Translations under genes and position numbers: made by a program
Notes under the pieces: generated by a model
Databases searched by the model: none
Told to the model about the DNA's origin: nothing
What the model saw: the letters and a program-made list of their open reading frames with translations, nothing else
Shown: piece after piece, positions 46,530 to 56,302 of the stretch
Layout: every line of letters begins with the position of its first letter
How positions within the stretch are numbered: position 1 is the first letter of the stretch
From: Bacillota bacterium
GTDB lineage: Bacteria; Bacillota; Ch66; Ch109
Reading direction: 5' to 3'
Assembly (NCBI GenBank): GCA_050952625.1
Contig: JBMNLH010000007.1
Span: 32,001 to 96,000 of the forward strand
Length of the DNA: 64,000 nt

Positions 46530-47360
46530 TTAGGCCGGCAAGAGTTTGACCAAACCAATCTCCGGTTTGATATTAAAACGGACCGGCAGGTCGCTTTCCC
46601 CCAATCCCCCGTTAATAATCATCGTCGTTTTGCCTCTCTGATATAACCCATAATCCCATTGGGGAAACAGGCCTTGACCCGGGGCAATCAAAGCACCAAT
46701 TAACGGGAGACGGACCTGGCCGCCATGGGTATGACCGGCCAGAACCAAGTCTAGTCTTTTTTCGATCGCCTCCGGGTAGATATTTGGCGAATGAGCCAAC
46801 AAAATCTTAGGGGCTGAATCATCTACTTGTTCCAGGGCCGCGTTTAGACATGCCTTGCCTAAATGGGGATCATCCACCCCTATTATCCAAAGGCATTGGC
46901 CATTTTTTACCATTCTTACCGCTTTGTTGTCCAGAATCCGGACCCCGGCAGCGTTCAGGGACTCCCGGGCTTGAAAACCGGTCTTCCTCTCATGGTTTCC
47001 CGGCACGAAATAAACTGGCACTTTGTTTAATTGGTTAATTAAATCAATCATTGGTTTAATATCCGGCTTAAATTTATTCACAAAATCACCGGTCAAGGCA
47101 ACTAAATCATACTTCTGCTGGTTGATTAAACGAACCAGTTTGGTTTGCCTCCGGCCAAATTGCTTACTATGCAAGTCACTCAAATGAAGAATAGTCAGCC
47201 CGCTAAAATTAGCGGGAAGGTTATTAAGGCAGACCGTGTACTGTTTTACTCTAATTGAGTAACGCTCAAAACACCAAAACGCACCGATGCCGAAAACGAC
47301 AACGATCAAAAACAATAACCAATAAATGGGCTGCACCAAATTCCCCCCTGAGATTATCAA
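46530..47360 (-). CDS. Membrane-anchored metallophosphoesterase (YkuE-like)
   Basis: LSDLH, TGD, GNHE, LAGHTHGGQ. Confidence 0.9.
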   Translation of the reverse strand: MIISGGNLVQPIYWLLFLIVVVFGIGAFWCFERYSIRVKQYTVCLNNLPANFSGLTILHLSDLHSKQFGRRQTKLVRLINQQKYDLVALTGDFVNKFKPDIKPMIDLINQLNKVPVYFVPGNHERKTGFQARESLNAAGVRILDNKAVRMVKNGQCLWIIGVDDPHLGKACLNAALEQVDDSAPKILLAHSPNIYPEAIEKRLDLVLAGHTHGGQVRLPLIGALIAPGQGLFPQWDYGLYQRGKTTMIINGGLGESDLPVRFNIKPEIGLVKLLPA

Positions 47361-47487
47361 TTAGTTAGTGTCTTTTACCAATTATCCTATTTCTAGGAAC
47401 CCTTCCCGCAAAACAACATAACATAAAGGGAGAGTAAGGCTTAGAGTGTTATTTATTTACCAAAATAATCCTAAAGGAGGAATTTTT

Positions 47488-47931
47488 ATGCATCATCGGG
47501 ATTACCATTACCGATACGGTGATGAAGATAACCGGTTGATTGATGATATTGCGAAAGCCATCAACGGAGAGTATAACGCGATTGTCTTTTACGATCAACT
47601 GGCGGATATGGCCCATTCCAAAGCAGAAAAAAAGCAAATCCGGGAAATCAGGCAAGATGAGCTGCATCATTATCGGGTATTTTCGCGGATATATCAAGAA
47701 CTCACGGGCCGGCATTTCAGGCCTAAGATTACAGAATACTTTCCAAACCAGTATAAAGCAGGCTTAAAATTTGCCATAGAGGATGAGCAAGAGACGGTAG
47801 ATTTTTATTTAGACATCGCTGAAGAGGCGAGGCAACCTTACATTAAGAGGCAATTCCAACGTGCTGCGGCTGACGAGCAAAACCACGCTGTTTGGTTTTT
47901 ATATTTTTACACTAAGCTTTGCTGTGACTGA
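47488..47931 (+). CDS. Ferritin-like (YhjR/rubrerythrin-type) protein
   Basis: AINGEYNAI, IRQDELHH, DEQETVDFY, AAADEQNHAVWF; AAAGGAGG RBS. Confidence 0.85.
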   Translation: MHHRDYHYRYGDEDNRLIDDIAKAINGEYNAIVFYDQLADMAHSKAEKKQIREIRQDELHHYRVFSRIYQELTGRHFRPKITEYFPNQYKAGLKFAIEDEQETVDFYLDIAEEARQPYIKRQFQRAAADEQNHAVWFLYFYTKLCCD

Positions 47932-48104
47932 GGCTTTGATACGGGCGGTTTGAATAAAGTGTCTAATGTGGGCATTAACCCTGTACGATCATTTTTTTGA
48001 GATATAAATGGGCAACCGGTTAACCCTAAACCAGCAGGTCTAACCCGATGCCCATTGGAAATTAAAGGCCTTCCTGCTCTCATTTTCCTGACCTCTCTTT
48101 CATT

Positions 48105-48318
48105 TTATCAAAATCAGAAGACTCCCACTTCTAGAAGTGGGGGTTACCTTACTTAACATAATCAGAAAGTATAAGTAGACTTTCTGATTATAAGTAAGTG
48201 CAACTAGGGCTTCCACCTGCGCCAAGGGCTTGGCGTAAGCCAAGTTTTCTTTAACTTCAGGTGGGAGCAGAATCTCCATCTAAAGCCTCCATGTTCAGCG
48301 AAGCCGAACGAATTCACT
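48105..48318 (-). repeat. Family A copy interrupted by a family B element
   Basis: A halves ...CTCCCACTTCTAGAAGTGGGGGTTACC and CTTCAGGTGGGAG...ATGTTCAGCGAAGCCGAACGAATTCACT flank the insert. Confidence 0.8.
48159..48250 (+). repeat. Family B element (nested copy)
   Basis: ATAATCAGAAAGTATAAG...CTTTCTGATTAT...GTGCAACTAGG...GCGCCAAGGGCTTGGCGTAAGCCAAGTTTTCT. Confidence 0.8.
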
Positions 48319-48353
48319 CTCCACAAAAGGATCCACCCCAAATACGACTAGGC

Positions 48354-49097
48354 TTAACGAAGAACGGGAAATCTCAGCCGATTGGCATTAATAGCTGTCT
48401 CCCCTAATTTATCAAGAAAACGATAATTTGCGTAAGCCCCTACAATCGCGCCGATGCCGGGGACAAGCTGCAACATCTTGGCGAGGTCTATATAATCTCT
48501 ATATTCTTGTTGGAAGGTCCGCCAATCAAAAGAATTGATATCCAAAGGCAGTTCGCTGACGTAGTCATCCCAATTTAGGATTTGCTGATACACCTCCAGT
48601 CTTCTCTGTTCACTGGAAAAAGCCAATTGAAAAATATGCAGGATATAGACTCTTTCCCGATAGTCCTTTACATCAAACCCATATAAACCAGCCGTATCAA
48701 AGAGAAACTTAATTTTTATGCTCAAGAGGATCGGGTAATCCGCTAAACCCAGTAGAATCCCGCCCGCCCCAGTGCCGGCTCCGCTAGTGATCGCCGCTTT
48801 TTTATAAGTGTTTAATTTTTCTCCAACCAGGCGTTCCCGCTCTTCCAAAGTTCCCTCTAGCAGTGGTTTTTGAGTAATATACTTTGAGCCAAATAAGACC
48901 GCCTTAACCATCTGCTTGATCGCTTCCGTCACTACTTCATGCACCTTTTCTGGAAGCAGGTTATTCGCTTTTGTCTGCAGCCCCTTGGCCAGCCGGCCGG
49001 TCAAAGAAGGCTTCTTGAGCATCTTTTGCCGCCATATTCTCAGCTCTTGTTTGGCTTTTTGGTCGTAGCTATTCAACTTAACCCACCCCGGAAGCAA
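48354..49097 (-). CDS. EcsC family protein
   Basis: GAGTGAGGILLGLADYP, FQQEYRDYIDLAKMLQLVPGIGA. Confidence 0.88.
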   Translation of the reverse strand: MLPGWVKLNSYDQKAKQELRIWRQKMLKKPSLTGRLAKGLQTKANNLLPEKVHEVVTEAIKQMVKAVLFGSKYITQKPLLEGTLEERERLVGEKLNTYKKAAITSGAGTGAGGILLGLADYPILLSIKIKFLFDTAGLYGFDVKDYRERVYILHIFQLAFSSEQRRLEVYQQILNWDDYVSELPLDINSFDWRTFQQEYRDYIDLAKMLQLVPGIGAIVGAYANYRFLDKLGETAINANRLRFPVLR

Positions 49098-49149
49098 ATA
49101 TATTTCTATCCTAAAAAGAAATTAAATATTCCATCTCCTTTGGTTTTAT

Positions 49150-49217
49150 CTAAATCAAAAGACTCCCCATTCTGACCATTCTGAAGCCTCAATGTTCAGC
49201 GAAGCTGAACGAGTTAC
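49150..49217 (-). repeat. Family A internally deleted copy
   Basis: ATCAAAAGACTCCC...TCTGAAGCCTCAATGTTCAGCGAAGCTGAACGAGTT. Confidence 0.75.
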
Positions 49218-49234
49218 TGATTAGACCTAAGAAG

Positions 49235-49867
49235 CTACATGGGTAGAACAAAGCATAACATCATGACATAGTGGAAAACTGACCCGAGTGAAACAAACAG
49301 ATGAAAAATTTCGTGGAAGCCGAATTTATTAGGAAAGAAATTAAAAATTTTAGTGCTGTAAATAACCCCACCGACTGTATAGGCCACTCCACCCAGGAAC
49401 ATTAAGATAATCGCCCCCATTGGCAGGTTCTGCACTAGTTTAAAAAGCGGAATAAGCGCCAACCACCCTAGTGAGATGTAAAACGCCGTCGAAACTGACC
49501 GGTGAATATCGATCAAGAACACCTTCATTATAATGCCAATTAAGGATAGTGCCCAAATAGAACATAACATGGCCCATCTCCAGATACCATCTAACCCATA
49601 GTATAAAACCGGGGTATAGGTGCCAGCAATTAACAAAAATATTGATATATGATCAAGCTTCCTTAACACGCGTTCTTTTTGCGGGGTAGTCTTAACCCAG
49701 TGATAAATCGTACTAGTGCCATACAAAATTATGACGCTTACTCCGAAAACCATCATGGTTATGAACTTTGAGGTATTACCGCGAGACAGAATAATCAAAA
49801 ATACTAACCCGACCAGACCAGCTAAAAAGGTAATAAAATGAGTCCAGGTGTTGACTGGTTCCTTCAT
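49235..49867 (-). CDS. Hemolysin III / PAQR family membrane protein
   Basis: EPVNTWTH, STIYH, LDHISIFLLIAGTYTP, HEIFHLFV. Confidence 0.92.
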   Translation of the reverse strand: MKEPVNTWTHFITFLAGLVGLVFLIILSRGNTSKFITMMVFGVSVIILYGTSTIYHWVKTTPQKERVLRKLDHISIFLLIAGTYTPVLYYGLDGIWRWAMLCSIWALSLIGIIMKVFLIDIHRSVSTAFYISLGWLALIPLFKLVQNLPMGAIILMFLGGVAYTVGGVIYSTKIFNFFPNKFGFHEIFHLFVSLGSVFHYVMMLCFVLPM

Positions 49868-49926
49868 TACGCTGCCCTCTTTCCTTTACCTTCTTTAATT
49901 TAATTAGGAAAGTAGTATTAATACCG

Positions 49927-50006
49927 TGTCATTCTGAGCCGAGCGAAGAATCAAGAATCCTTTCCACGTTGAGAAGTCAGATCCTTCACTAACGCTCAGG
50001 ATGACA
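49927..50006. repeat. REP-like palindromic element (TGTCAT...ATGACA type)
   Basis: TGTCATTCTGAGCCGAGCGAAGAATC...GATCCTTCACTAACGCTCAGGATGACA. Confidence 0.75.
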
Positions 50007-50149
50007 TATGCCGCTATTTTCATCGGTGATTGTGCTCCACAGGCATGGATGGTTAACATGGAATTTACTCATAACGTTAATATCAATAGTCTACCCATTC
50101 AAAAAAGGATCAGATACTGAGGCTATTATCCAACTTTTTTCATCAAAGT

Positions 50150-50391
50150 ATTTCAGGGTGCGGCAATTGATGGATCGGCATTACGGCCAGCTTACCCCAC
50201 AGTTAATGATGGAGTTTTTGGCGGACCATAATAACCACCCGACCGGGATCTGTCGACATTATGACTCGGAAACCCCCCGCTTATTCAACGCGGAAACATT
50301 AGCCTCATTCATTATGGTTCCGGCGGAAGGAAAAATGTATCTGACTAATGGTACGCCCTGTAAATCTGAATACTTAGAATATAGCATTTGA
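50150..50391 (+). pseudogene. C-terminal fragment of a C45 (Ntn-hydrolase) peptidase
   Basis: FLADHNNHPTGICRH...ETLASFIMVPAEGKMYLTNGTPC fits the C45 C-terminus; N-terminal part absent. Confidence 0.6.
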
Positions 50392-50553
50392 GGAGAAACT
50401 GAGTCCAATTACTGATGATTATTCGTATCTCTATTAAGTTTGATCATATCCGGGCTTGGCAGGGATTAATCCCAACCGAGCCTTTATTTTTTACCGTTTG
50501 AAATTATTTGAAAATATTATAACATACTATTCTTAAAACTGTATATTTTGGTA

Positions 50554-51297
50554 TTAACCAGCAACCCCCGTATACAAGAAATAACCCCCCAGACCAATTA
50601 GAAATAAGCCACAAAGAATTAAAATACCTCGATAAACACGGTCGCTTAAAAACTTTCGGCTACCGGCCACCACTGCCGCAACCAGGCAGTACCAAACCAG
50701 ATCAGCTAGGATATGGCCGGTATAAAAAGCACCTAAACCGGTAGTGCCCAACTTCAATGATAAATTAATGTACCCGAGGCCAACCGTCGCCCACCAGAGG
50801 ATAACAAAAGGGTTCGCTAGGCTGATGAACAACCCAGCCAATACTGGGCCAAAGTAGTTACCGAAAAATTTGTCTATTATTGCCTGCTTCGGTTTGGCTG
50901 AATTAGTTTCCGTAACCCCCACTAGCTGACTGCTTACCTGCTGGTTAGACTGTGTTGCTTGACCAACTGGCCGACCCGACTCGTTAGTTAGGGAGAGCGA
51001 TACTCGCCCGGTCGCTGCATCTCTAGTCATGCCGTAACCCAAGTACAGCAGGAATCCACCCCCTAGAATAGAGATCACCTGGGAAACAGTGGCATTAGTC
51101 ATATAAGCAGCCAGACCCCCGACTAGGATTAAGATAAAAACAAGCTCCAGCAAGGCATGGCCGAGGACAATCATGGGACCCGCAATAAAACCGCGCCGGG
51201 CTGTCTCGCTGATGGTTACGGTCAGCAATGGGCCGGGCATCATTGCTCCGGAAAAACCGATAATAAAAGCAGTTACAAAAATACCGGTCAGACTCAA
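50554..51297 (-). CDS. LysE family translocator
   Basis: GFSGAMMPGPL, SLANPFVILWW, hydrophobic helices. Confidence 0.9.
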   Translation of the reverse strand: MSLTGIFVTAFIIGFSGAMMPGPLLTVTISETARRGFIAGPMIVLGHALLELVFILILVGGLAAYMTNATVSQVISILGGGFLLYLGYGMTRDAATGRVSLSLTNESGRPVGQATQSNQQVSSQLVGVTETNSAKPKQAIIDKFFGNYFGPVLAGLFISLANPFVILWWATVGLGYINLSLKLGTTGLGAFYTGHILADLVWYCLVAAVVAGSRKFLSDRVYRGILILCGLFLIGLGGYFLYTGVAG

Positions 51298-51329
51298 AGA
51301 ATCCTACCCCCCTATAACTAAATTTAAAT

Positions 51330-52352
51330 CTATCTAAATTCTGAGAATGAAGAGTCTAGGTTTAAGTGATTTGTTAATTTTAGCCGTGATTTATCCGCCT
51401 CTTTATCATAATTAGTCACCGGATAAGACCCTAACATTTTGCACCACACCGCCTGGCTTGTCAATCTTTCGAGAGCTTCCGTTATCCGCGGTTCTCGACG
51501 ATGCCCTTCTAGATCGACCAAAAACCAATAATCTCCAAGTCCTCGTTTGCTGGGCCGGCTTTCAATTCGGCCAAGATTAATCCCAGCCGCGGCAAATACA
51601 GACAGGACCTCCAGGAGACTGCCTGGTCGATGCGGCAAAGCAAAAACCAATGAGGTTTTATCATGGCCGGTGGCCGGGGCATCCTCCTGGCCAACGACCA
51701 CGAAGCGAGTATAGTTAGCGGCAGTATCGCTGATGTTTTCCGCTAGAATATCTAATCCGTAAATCTCAGCCGCCCGGACAGAAGCAATGGCCGCCCAATT
51801 GTTGCCATTTTTAGGGTAAAGGCTTAAATCAAAGGACCCCATCCCGGCATTGACCGGCCGCTTCCGCTCAACGTTAGCCACTATTTGAGCTGCTTCGGCG
51901 GTACTGCTGGCCGGGATCCACCTGGCACCAGGCAGGTTTTGAGCCAGATAACGCTGACATTGAGATAAAGCCTGAGGATGCGAGATAACTACCTCTATTT
52001 TTGCCAAATCAGCTCCCGGTGGTACCAACAAACAGTGTTTAATCGGCAGGACTAACTCTGCTCTGATGAGGAGACTGACCTCATTGGCCAAAAGATCGAC
52101 CGTTGCGTTGACTGTCCCTTCAATAGAGTTTTCCAGCGGCACCACGCCTTGGGTAACTACTTTATTTTCGACCGCCAACATCACTTCTCTAATACTAGAA
52201 AAAGACTGTTTGTCGACTTGACCTCTCATATACCTATTAGCGGCATCTTCACAATGAGTGCCGGTTGGTCCAAGATAACCCAAGGTAGCAGCATGTTCCT
52301 GGGATCTATCCATTGCTGCCTCTGCTGCCTCCATAATTAATGCACCCTCCAA
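51330..52352 (-). CDS. pheA: Prephenate dehydratase
   Basis: YLGPTGT, PLENSIEG, SHPQALSQC, NYTRF, ACT domain IESRP. Confidence 0.93.
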   Translation of the reverse strand: MEGALIMEAAEAAMDRSQEHAATLGYLGPTGTHCEDAANRYMRGQVDKQSFSSIREVMLAVENKVVTQGVVPLENSIEGTVNATVDLLANEVSLLIRAELVLPIKHCLLVPPGADLAKIEVVISHPQALSQCQRYLAQNLPGARWIPASSTAEAAQIVANVERKRPVNAGMGSFDLSLYPKNGNNWAAIASVRAAEIYGLDILAENISDTAANYTRFVVVGQEDAPATGHDKTSLVFALPHRPGSLLEVLSVFAAAGINLGRIESRPSKRGLGDYWFLVDLEGHRREPRITEALERLTSQAVWCKMLGSYPVTNYDKEADKSRLKLTNHLNLDSSFSEFR

Positions 52353-52478
52353 AATATCAAGCTATGATTATATTAAAGCTTACAACTTATAGCTGATCGT
52401 GTAGTTTGTTTCTTATAACCATATGGGGATTGCCCGGCTGTATTAATCTCTTTTTTTCTTCAACAATCTATCGCCGGG

Positions 52479-53543
52479 CTAGGCCGGCTGCCACTGACGC
52501 AACCTCATCTTTCTTCCCACAACACCAGTCAGCGGAGTCAAGCTTTCGATAAGCCTAACAAATTTAGTCGGATTCAAAGACTGCGGGCCGTCGGATAAAG
52601 CCTTGGCCGGATCCGGATGGACTTCAACCATCAAGCCGTCTGCTCCTGAGGCAATCGCGGCTAAGGCCATCGGTTGGACCAACCGCCATTTACCAGTCGC
52701 ATGACTAGGATCAACGATAACCGGCAAATGACTAAGCTGCTTAACCACTGGTATCGCACTTAAATCCAAGGTATTGCGGGTATAGGTTTCAAAGGTGCGG
52801 ATTCCTCGTTCACATAAAATCACCTGGGGATTTCCTTCCGCGACAATATATTCAGCAGCCATCAACCATTCTTCAATCGTACTGGCCAATCCTCGTTTTA
52901 GCAACACCGGTTTGTTGATTCTCCCCACCCGTCGGAGCAGGGCAAAGTTTTGCATATTACGGGCCCCTATTTGCAGTAAATCCGTGTATTGGGCAACTAC
53001 CTCCACATCTTCGGAGTTAATGACCTCCGAGACTACCGGCAACCCCACCTTTTGGCCGGCCTCCGCCAGCAACTGGAGCCCTTCTTCGGCCAGACCTTGG
53101 AAAGTGTAGGGAGAGGTACGGGGCTTGAAGGCTCCGCCGCGCAGGATCTGACCGCCGATTGACTTGATAAGCTGGGCCGCACTCAGAATCTGTTCACGGT
53201 TTTCCACCGCGCAAGGGCCAGCCACCACCACAATTTCCTCGCCACCGACTGGGATTCCCTCAGATTCCTGGTTCCTACCCACCCAAACTACTGTATCTTC
53301 GGGCTTGAACTCCCGACTGACTAGTTTGAAAGGATGACGGACCGGTAATATCTTTTCCACGGCGGGCATGGTCTCCAAGCTCTCCTTCCCATTGAGCTTA
53401 CCCTGCCCGACCGCCCCAATTACCAGTCGCTCCACCCCGCGGATTAGATGATGCTGATAACCCATTTTCTCCAAACGTTGACACACCGCCGTCAATTGCT
53501 CTTCACTGGCCTCTAACTTCATCACAATGATCACTTTTCTCAC
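52479..53543 (-). CDS. aroF: DAHP synthase (class I-beta, N-terminal regulatory domain)
   Basis: AGPCAVE, GGAFKPRTSPY, QIGARNMQN, DPSH. Confidence 0.95.
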   Translation of the reverse strand: MRKVIIVMKLEASEEQLTAVCQRLEKMGYQHHLIRGVERLVIGAVGQGKLNGKESLETMPAVEKILPVRHPFKLVSREFKPEDTVVWVGRNQESEGIPVGGEEIVVVAGPCAVENREQILSAAQLIKSIGGQILRGGAFKPRTSPYTFQGLAEEGLQLLAEAGQKVGLPVVSEVINSEDVEVVAQYTDLLQIGARNMQNFALLRRVGRINKPVLLKRGLASTIEEWLMAAEYIVAEGNPQVILCERGIRTFETYTRNTLDLSAIPVVKQLSHLPVIVDPSHATGKWRLVQPMALAAIASGADGLMVEVHPDPAKALSDGPQSLNPTKFVRLIESLTPLTGVVGRKMRLRQWQPA

Positions 53544-53585
53544 TCCTTTAAATTATTTGGGGTCGGGCGATTATTTTAGGCTTGC

Positions 53586-53680
53586 CTTTCCAATCCACTA
53601 TAGTGAAAAAGAGACATTGAACATTGGTATACTGCGAAGCTGCGTGCAGGGCTTTCCAATCACTATAGTGAAAAAGCAAC
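53586..53680 (-). CRISPR. Candidate orphan CRISPR mini-array (2 repeats, 1 spacer)
   Basis: Repeats CTTTCCAATCCACTATAGTGAAAAAGAGAC (53586-53615) and CTTTCCAAT-CACTATAGTGAAAAAGCAAC (53652-53680) separated by 36 nt; no cas genes in window. Confidence 0.45.
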
Positions 53681-53756
53681 CGACTAAAAGAAGACAAATG
53701 TTGGTAATGTCCCGGTCGCCAATTTAACTAGCCAAAAGGAAAAGCACATTAGATTT

Positions 53757-54195
53757 AGAAACAAAAAAGTCCGCAACCATCATCCTTCAACAAAGGACGA
53801 AAGTAACGGACTTCCGTGGTACCACCTTACTTGATTGCCGATAAATAAGTTAACCTTGATTGAGGTTGTTCCGCCAAATAAAAAAAGCTTCTCCGTCCTG
53901 GGGACGAGAAACTTTGTCTCCGTGGTACCACCCCAATAAGTCACCTTTCCCGGCAACCCACTCTACCCGGTACGGAATGAGTAGAACCATTAGCTTGCCT
54001 CATTCGATACCTGCTTCCTTTTAACGGTGGAAGTCTCCGGGGAGATCTACTTTCCGAACTGGATTCAATCACCAGATCGGTTTCAATCACCAGCTCAAGA
54101 GGGAACTTCAAATAGGTCGGCAATAGAACTGCTTCCAGTCTGCGACAGTTCCTCCCTGCAATGCCTTACTATCCTACTTTCCTCTATCATGGCCA
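53757..54195 (-). promoter_or_regulatory. Phe-specific T-box with duplicated antiterminator/terminator
   Basis: Specifier GAAG-TTC-CC (Phe); T-box GGGGTGGTACCACG at ~53921-53934 and AAGGTGGTACCACG at ~53815-53828, each followed by a hairpin and T-run; TTGCAT/TATACT promoter at ~54218-54247. Confidence 0.9.
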
Positions 54196-54295
54196 TTATC
54201 ATTATTTTGGTTGCTTAAGTATAGCATTCCTTTTCGGGTAATGCAATATGTATTACTCAATTGAATAACATTAAATTTTTTATAATTGACTAAAA

Positions 54296-55129
54296 TTAAT
54301 GATCTTCCAGACGCGGTTTAATCCCTAACAGCGAGGCAGCGTTTAACCCTAAAATCTTGTCTTTGGTCTCTGGTTTTAAATTTAATTTCCTAATTTCATT
54401 TATGGTATAGGTAAAACCTGGCCCGGCCGGCCAATCGGTGCCAAACAGAATTTTGTCGGCATTTTTTTCGAGGTTTGGAAAATAGGTTAACAGATTCCGC
54501 GGCGGCAGGCCGGTTATTTCCATATATACATTGGGATGAAAACTAGCTAGGAAAAAACAGGCATCATACCAGAAGCCCCGGCCGCTGTGGGCCATAATAA
54601 TCTTAGTATTTTTAAAGTCTCGTGCTACGTCATCAAGGTAAATCGGGTCCCCGTACTTCAGCCGAGTTTCCGGAAAGATGGAAGAGCCAATGTGGTACAT
54701 CATAGGCAGATTTAACTCCTGAGCCGCATCATAAAAAGGATACAGCTTATTTTCATTGGGGTAGAAATGGTGATAGGTTGGTAAAAACTTTAGACCTCGG
54801 TACCCCTGTTTGACCCTTTTTTCGATTTCCCGAGCCGGGTAAGCTACCAGATGGGGATTTAGATTGGCATAAGGGATAAAACGGTCGCTTACTGAACAAA
54901 AGTCAGCCGCCCAGTCTAAAGCAAAGTAATCGACCACAATCACTGCATAATCTAACCCGGCCTCATCCATAAGCTGCAAAAGAAGATCCGGCTCTATCTC
55001 CCCGTTGCTTCCTTTGGTCCGGTCAAGTCCATTTTGTTCACTAAACGTTGCGACCAGATCCAATACCCAGGGCATATATTCTTGCCAATGCTTTAATCCA
55101 CCGATGTGCACATGAAAGTCGATAAGCAT
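54296..55129 (-). CDS. Amidohydrolase family 2 protein
   Basis: IDFHVH, GLKF, YHIG, AHSG, LFGTDWP. Confidence 0.9.
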   Translation of the reverse strand: MLIDFHVHIGGLKHWQEYMPWVLDLVATFSEQNGLDRTKGSNGEIEPDLLLQLMDEAGLDYAVIVVDYFALDWAADFCSVSDRFIPYANLNPHLVAYPAREIEKRVKQGYRGLKFLPTYHHFYPNENKLYPFYDAAQELNLPMMYHIGSSIFPETRLKYGDPIYLDDVARDFKNTKIIMAHSGRGFWYDACFFLASFHPNVYMEITGLPPRNLLTYFPNLEKNADKILFGTDWPAGPGFTYTINEIRKLNLKPETKDKILGLNAASLLGIKPRLEDH

Positions 55130-55539
55130 TTTTGCTCCTTGTAAAATTACACCTATTCAAGAAATCTTCGTAACAATATATGTAGGTAATTAAATCATTG
55201 AGAGTTTTCTAAGGACTTTCCAATATATACATTATATTCCTTAAAACAGCCATAATCAAGAAAAGAACGCCAAAATTCAAATCGGCGCTTCTTTCCCTTG
55301 TTTATGAAATATCACCTTTAACATTTAGTCCCACAAAATAGTTCAACTGAAACATCTATCTACTGGCCACTTTGTATATAGGTCAGCCTCTTTCCAATTT
55401 TAAAATTTTATGGAATTAAGCCGGGCTATTAATCTTTGGCTCTTATAATCCTGATTATGCTGTAATATGACTGAAATTTTTGAAATATCGTTGTAAAAAC
55501 CTGGTTGACTTTTGACCCTTAGCTGAAATATAATTAAAC

Positions 55540-55553
55540 TGAACGTACGTACA
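55540..55553. promoter_or_regulatory. Candidate TetR operator
   Basis: TGAACGTACGTACA near-palindrome between TATAAT and the GGAGG RBS. Confidence 0.55.
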
Positions 55554-55570
55554 CTCGGAGGTATTAGCCA

Positions 55571-56173
55571 ATGCCTTTACCTGAATTAAAACAAAACAAA
55601 GAAAAAAGACAAAGACTCTTAGAGTGTGCCCTAGAACTTTTCGTTGAACAGGGGTACTTTAATACACCGGTCCGTCAAATCATTGCCAGGTCCGGATTTG
55701 GTACCGGTACCTTTTATAACTACTTCACTAATAAGGAAGATATTTTGAAGGCGTTGCTAGAACAGTTCGCGCACGAGATTATTTCCAGCGTCAAGAACTA
55801 TTACACTGTTGAAAAAGATTTAGGCAAGCGCTTTATCGAAACTAAGCGGTTAAATATGGAGGTCTTCATTCAAAATAGAAAATTGACCGAAATATACTGT
55901 CGAGTAGCCGGAGTCAGCGAGGTGATTGATGCCAGCTTAAAAGAATTCGAGGATAAGCTGATCGAGTTTTTTAGGAAAAATATTGAGTATGGCATTAAGA
56001 AGGGTGCTTTTAATGATGTTCCAGCGACTCCGGTTGCCTATGGTATCCTGGCGATCGAAAAACAACTTTTATATAAATGGATAGTTTTGAAGGATATAAC
56101 CGCTGAAGAGATGATCGAAATGGTCATATCTTATCACGAAACGTTGGCTGAAGGTCTGCTTAAAAAACACTGA
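55571..56173 (+). CDS. TetR/AcrR family regulator
   Basis: LLECALELFVEQGY...GTFYNYFTNKEDIL. Confidence 0.92.
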   Translation: MPLPELKQNKEKRQRLLECALELFVEQGYFNTPVRQIIARSGFGTGTFYNYFTNKEDILKALLEQFAHEIISSVKNYYTVEKDLGKRFIETKRLNMEVFIQNRKLTEIYCRVAGVSEVIDASLKEFEDKLIEFFRKNIEYGIKKGAFNDVPATPVAYGILAIEKQLLYKWIVLKDITAEEMIEMVISYHETLAEGLLKKH

Positions 56174-56302
56174 ACTCGTTTAGCTGCGCTGAACATCGGG
56201 GCTACTGAGACTTTACTCCACCTGAAGTTTAAACACTGAAGTTTAAACACTGAAGTTTAAACAAGGTAATCCCCACTTATGAAGGGGGAGTCCTGTGATT
56301 CA
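56170..56302 (+). repeat. Family A copy with internal 14-bp triplication
   Basis: TGAACTCGTTTAGCTGCGCTGAACATCGGGGC...(CTGAAGTTTAAACA)x3...CCCCACTTATGAAGGGGGAGTC; overlaps the tetR TGA. Confidence 0.8.

Noticed and set aside
50008-50150. N-terminal part of the 127-aa ORF as a real gene start
   Set aside because: Starts at the edge of a REP-like element, has no RBS and is unrelated to the C45-like C-terminus; treated as a truncation
53941-54123. 60-aa ORF as a possible leader peptide
   Set aside because: Lies within the T-box structure, has no Phe codons and no clear RBS
56222-56263. (CTGAAGTTTAAACA)x3
   Set aside because: Simple slippage inside a family A copy; no spacers
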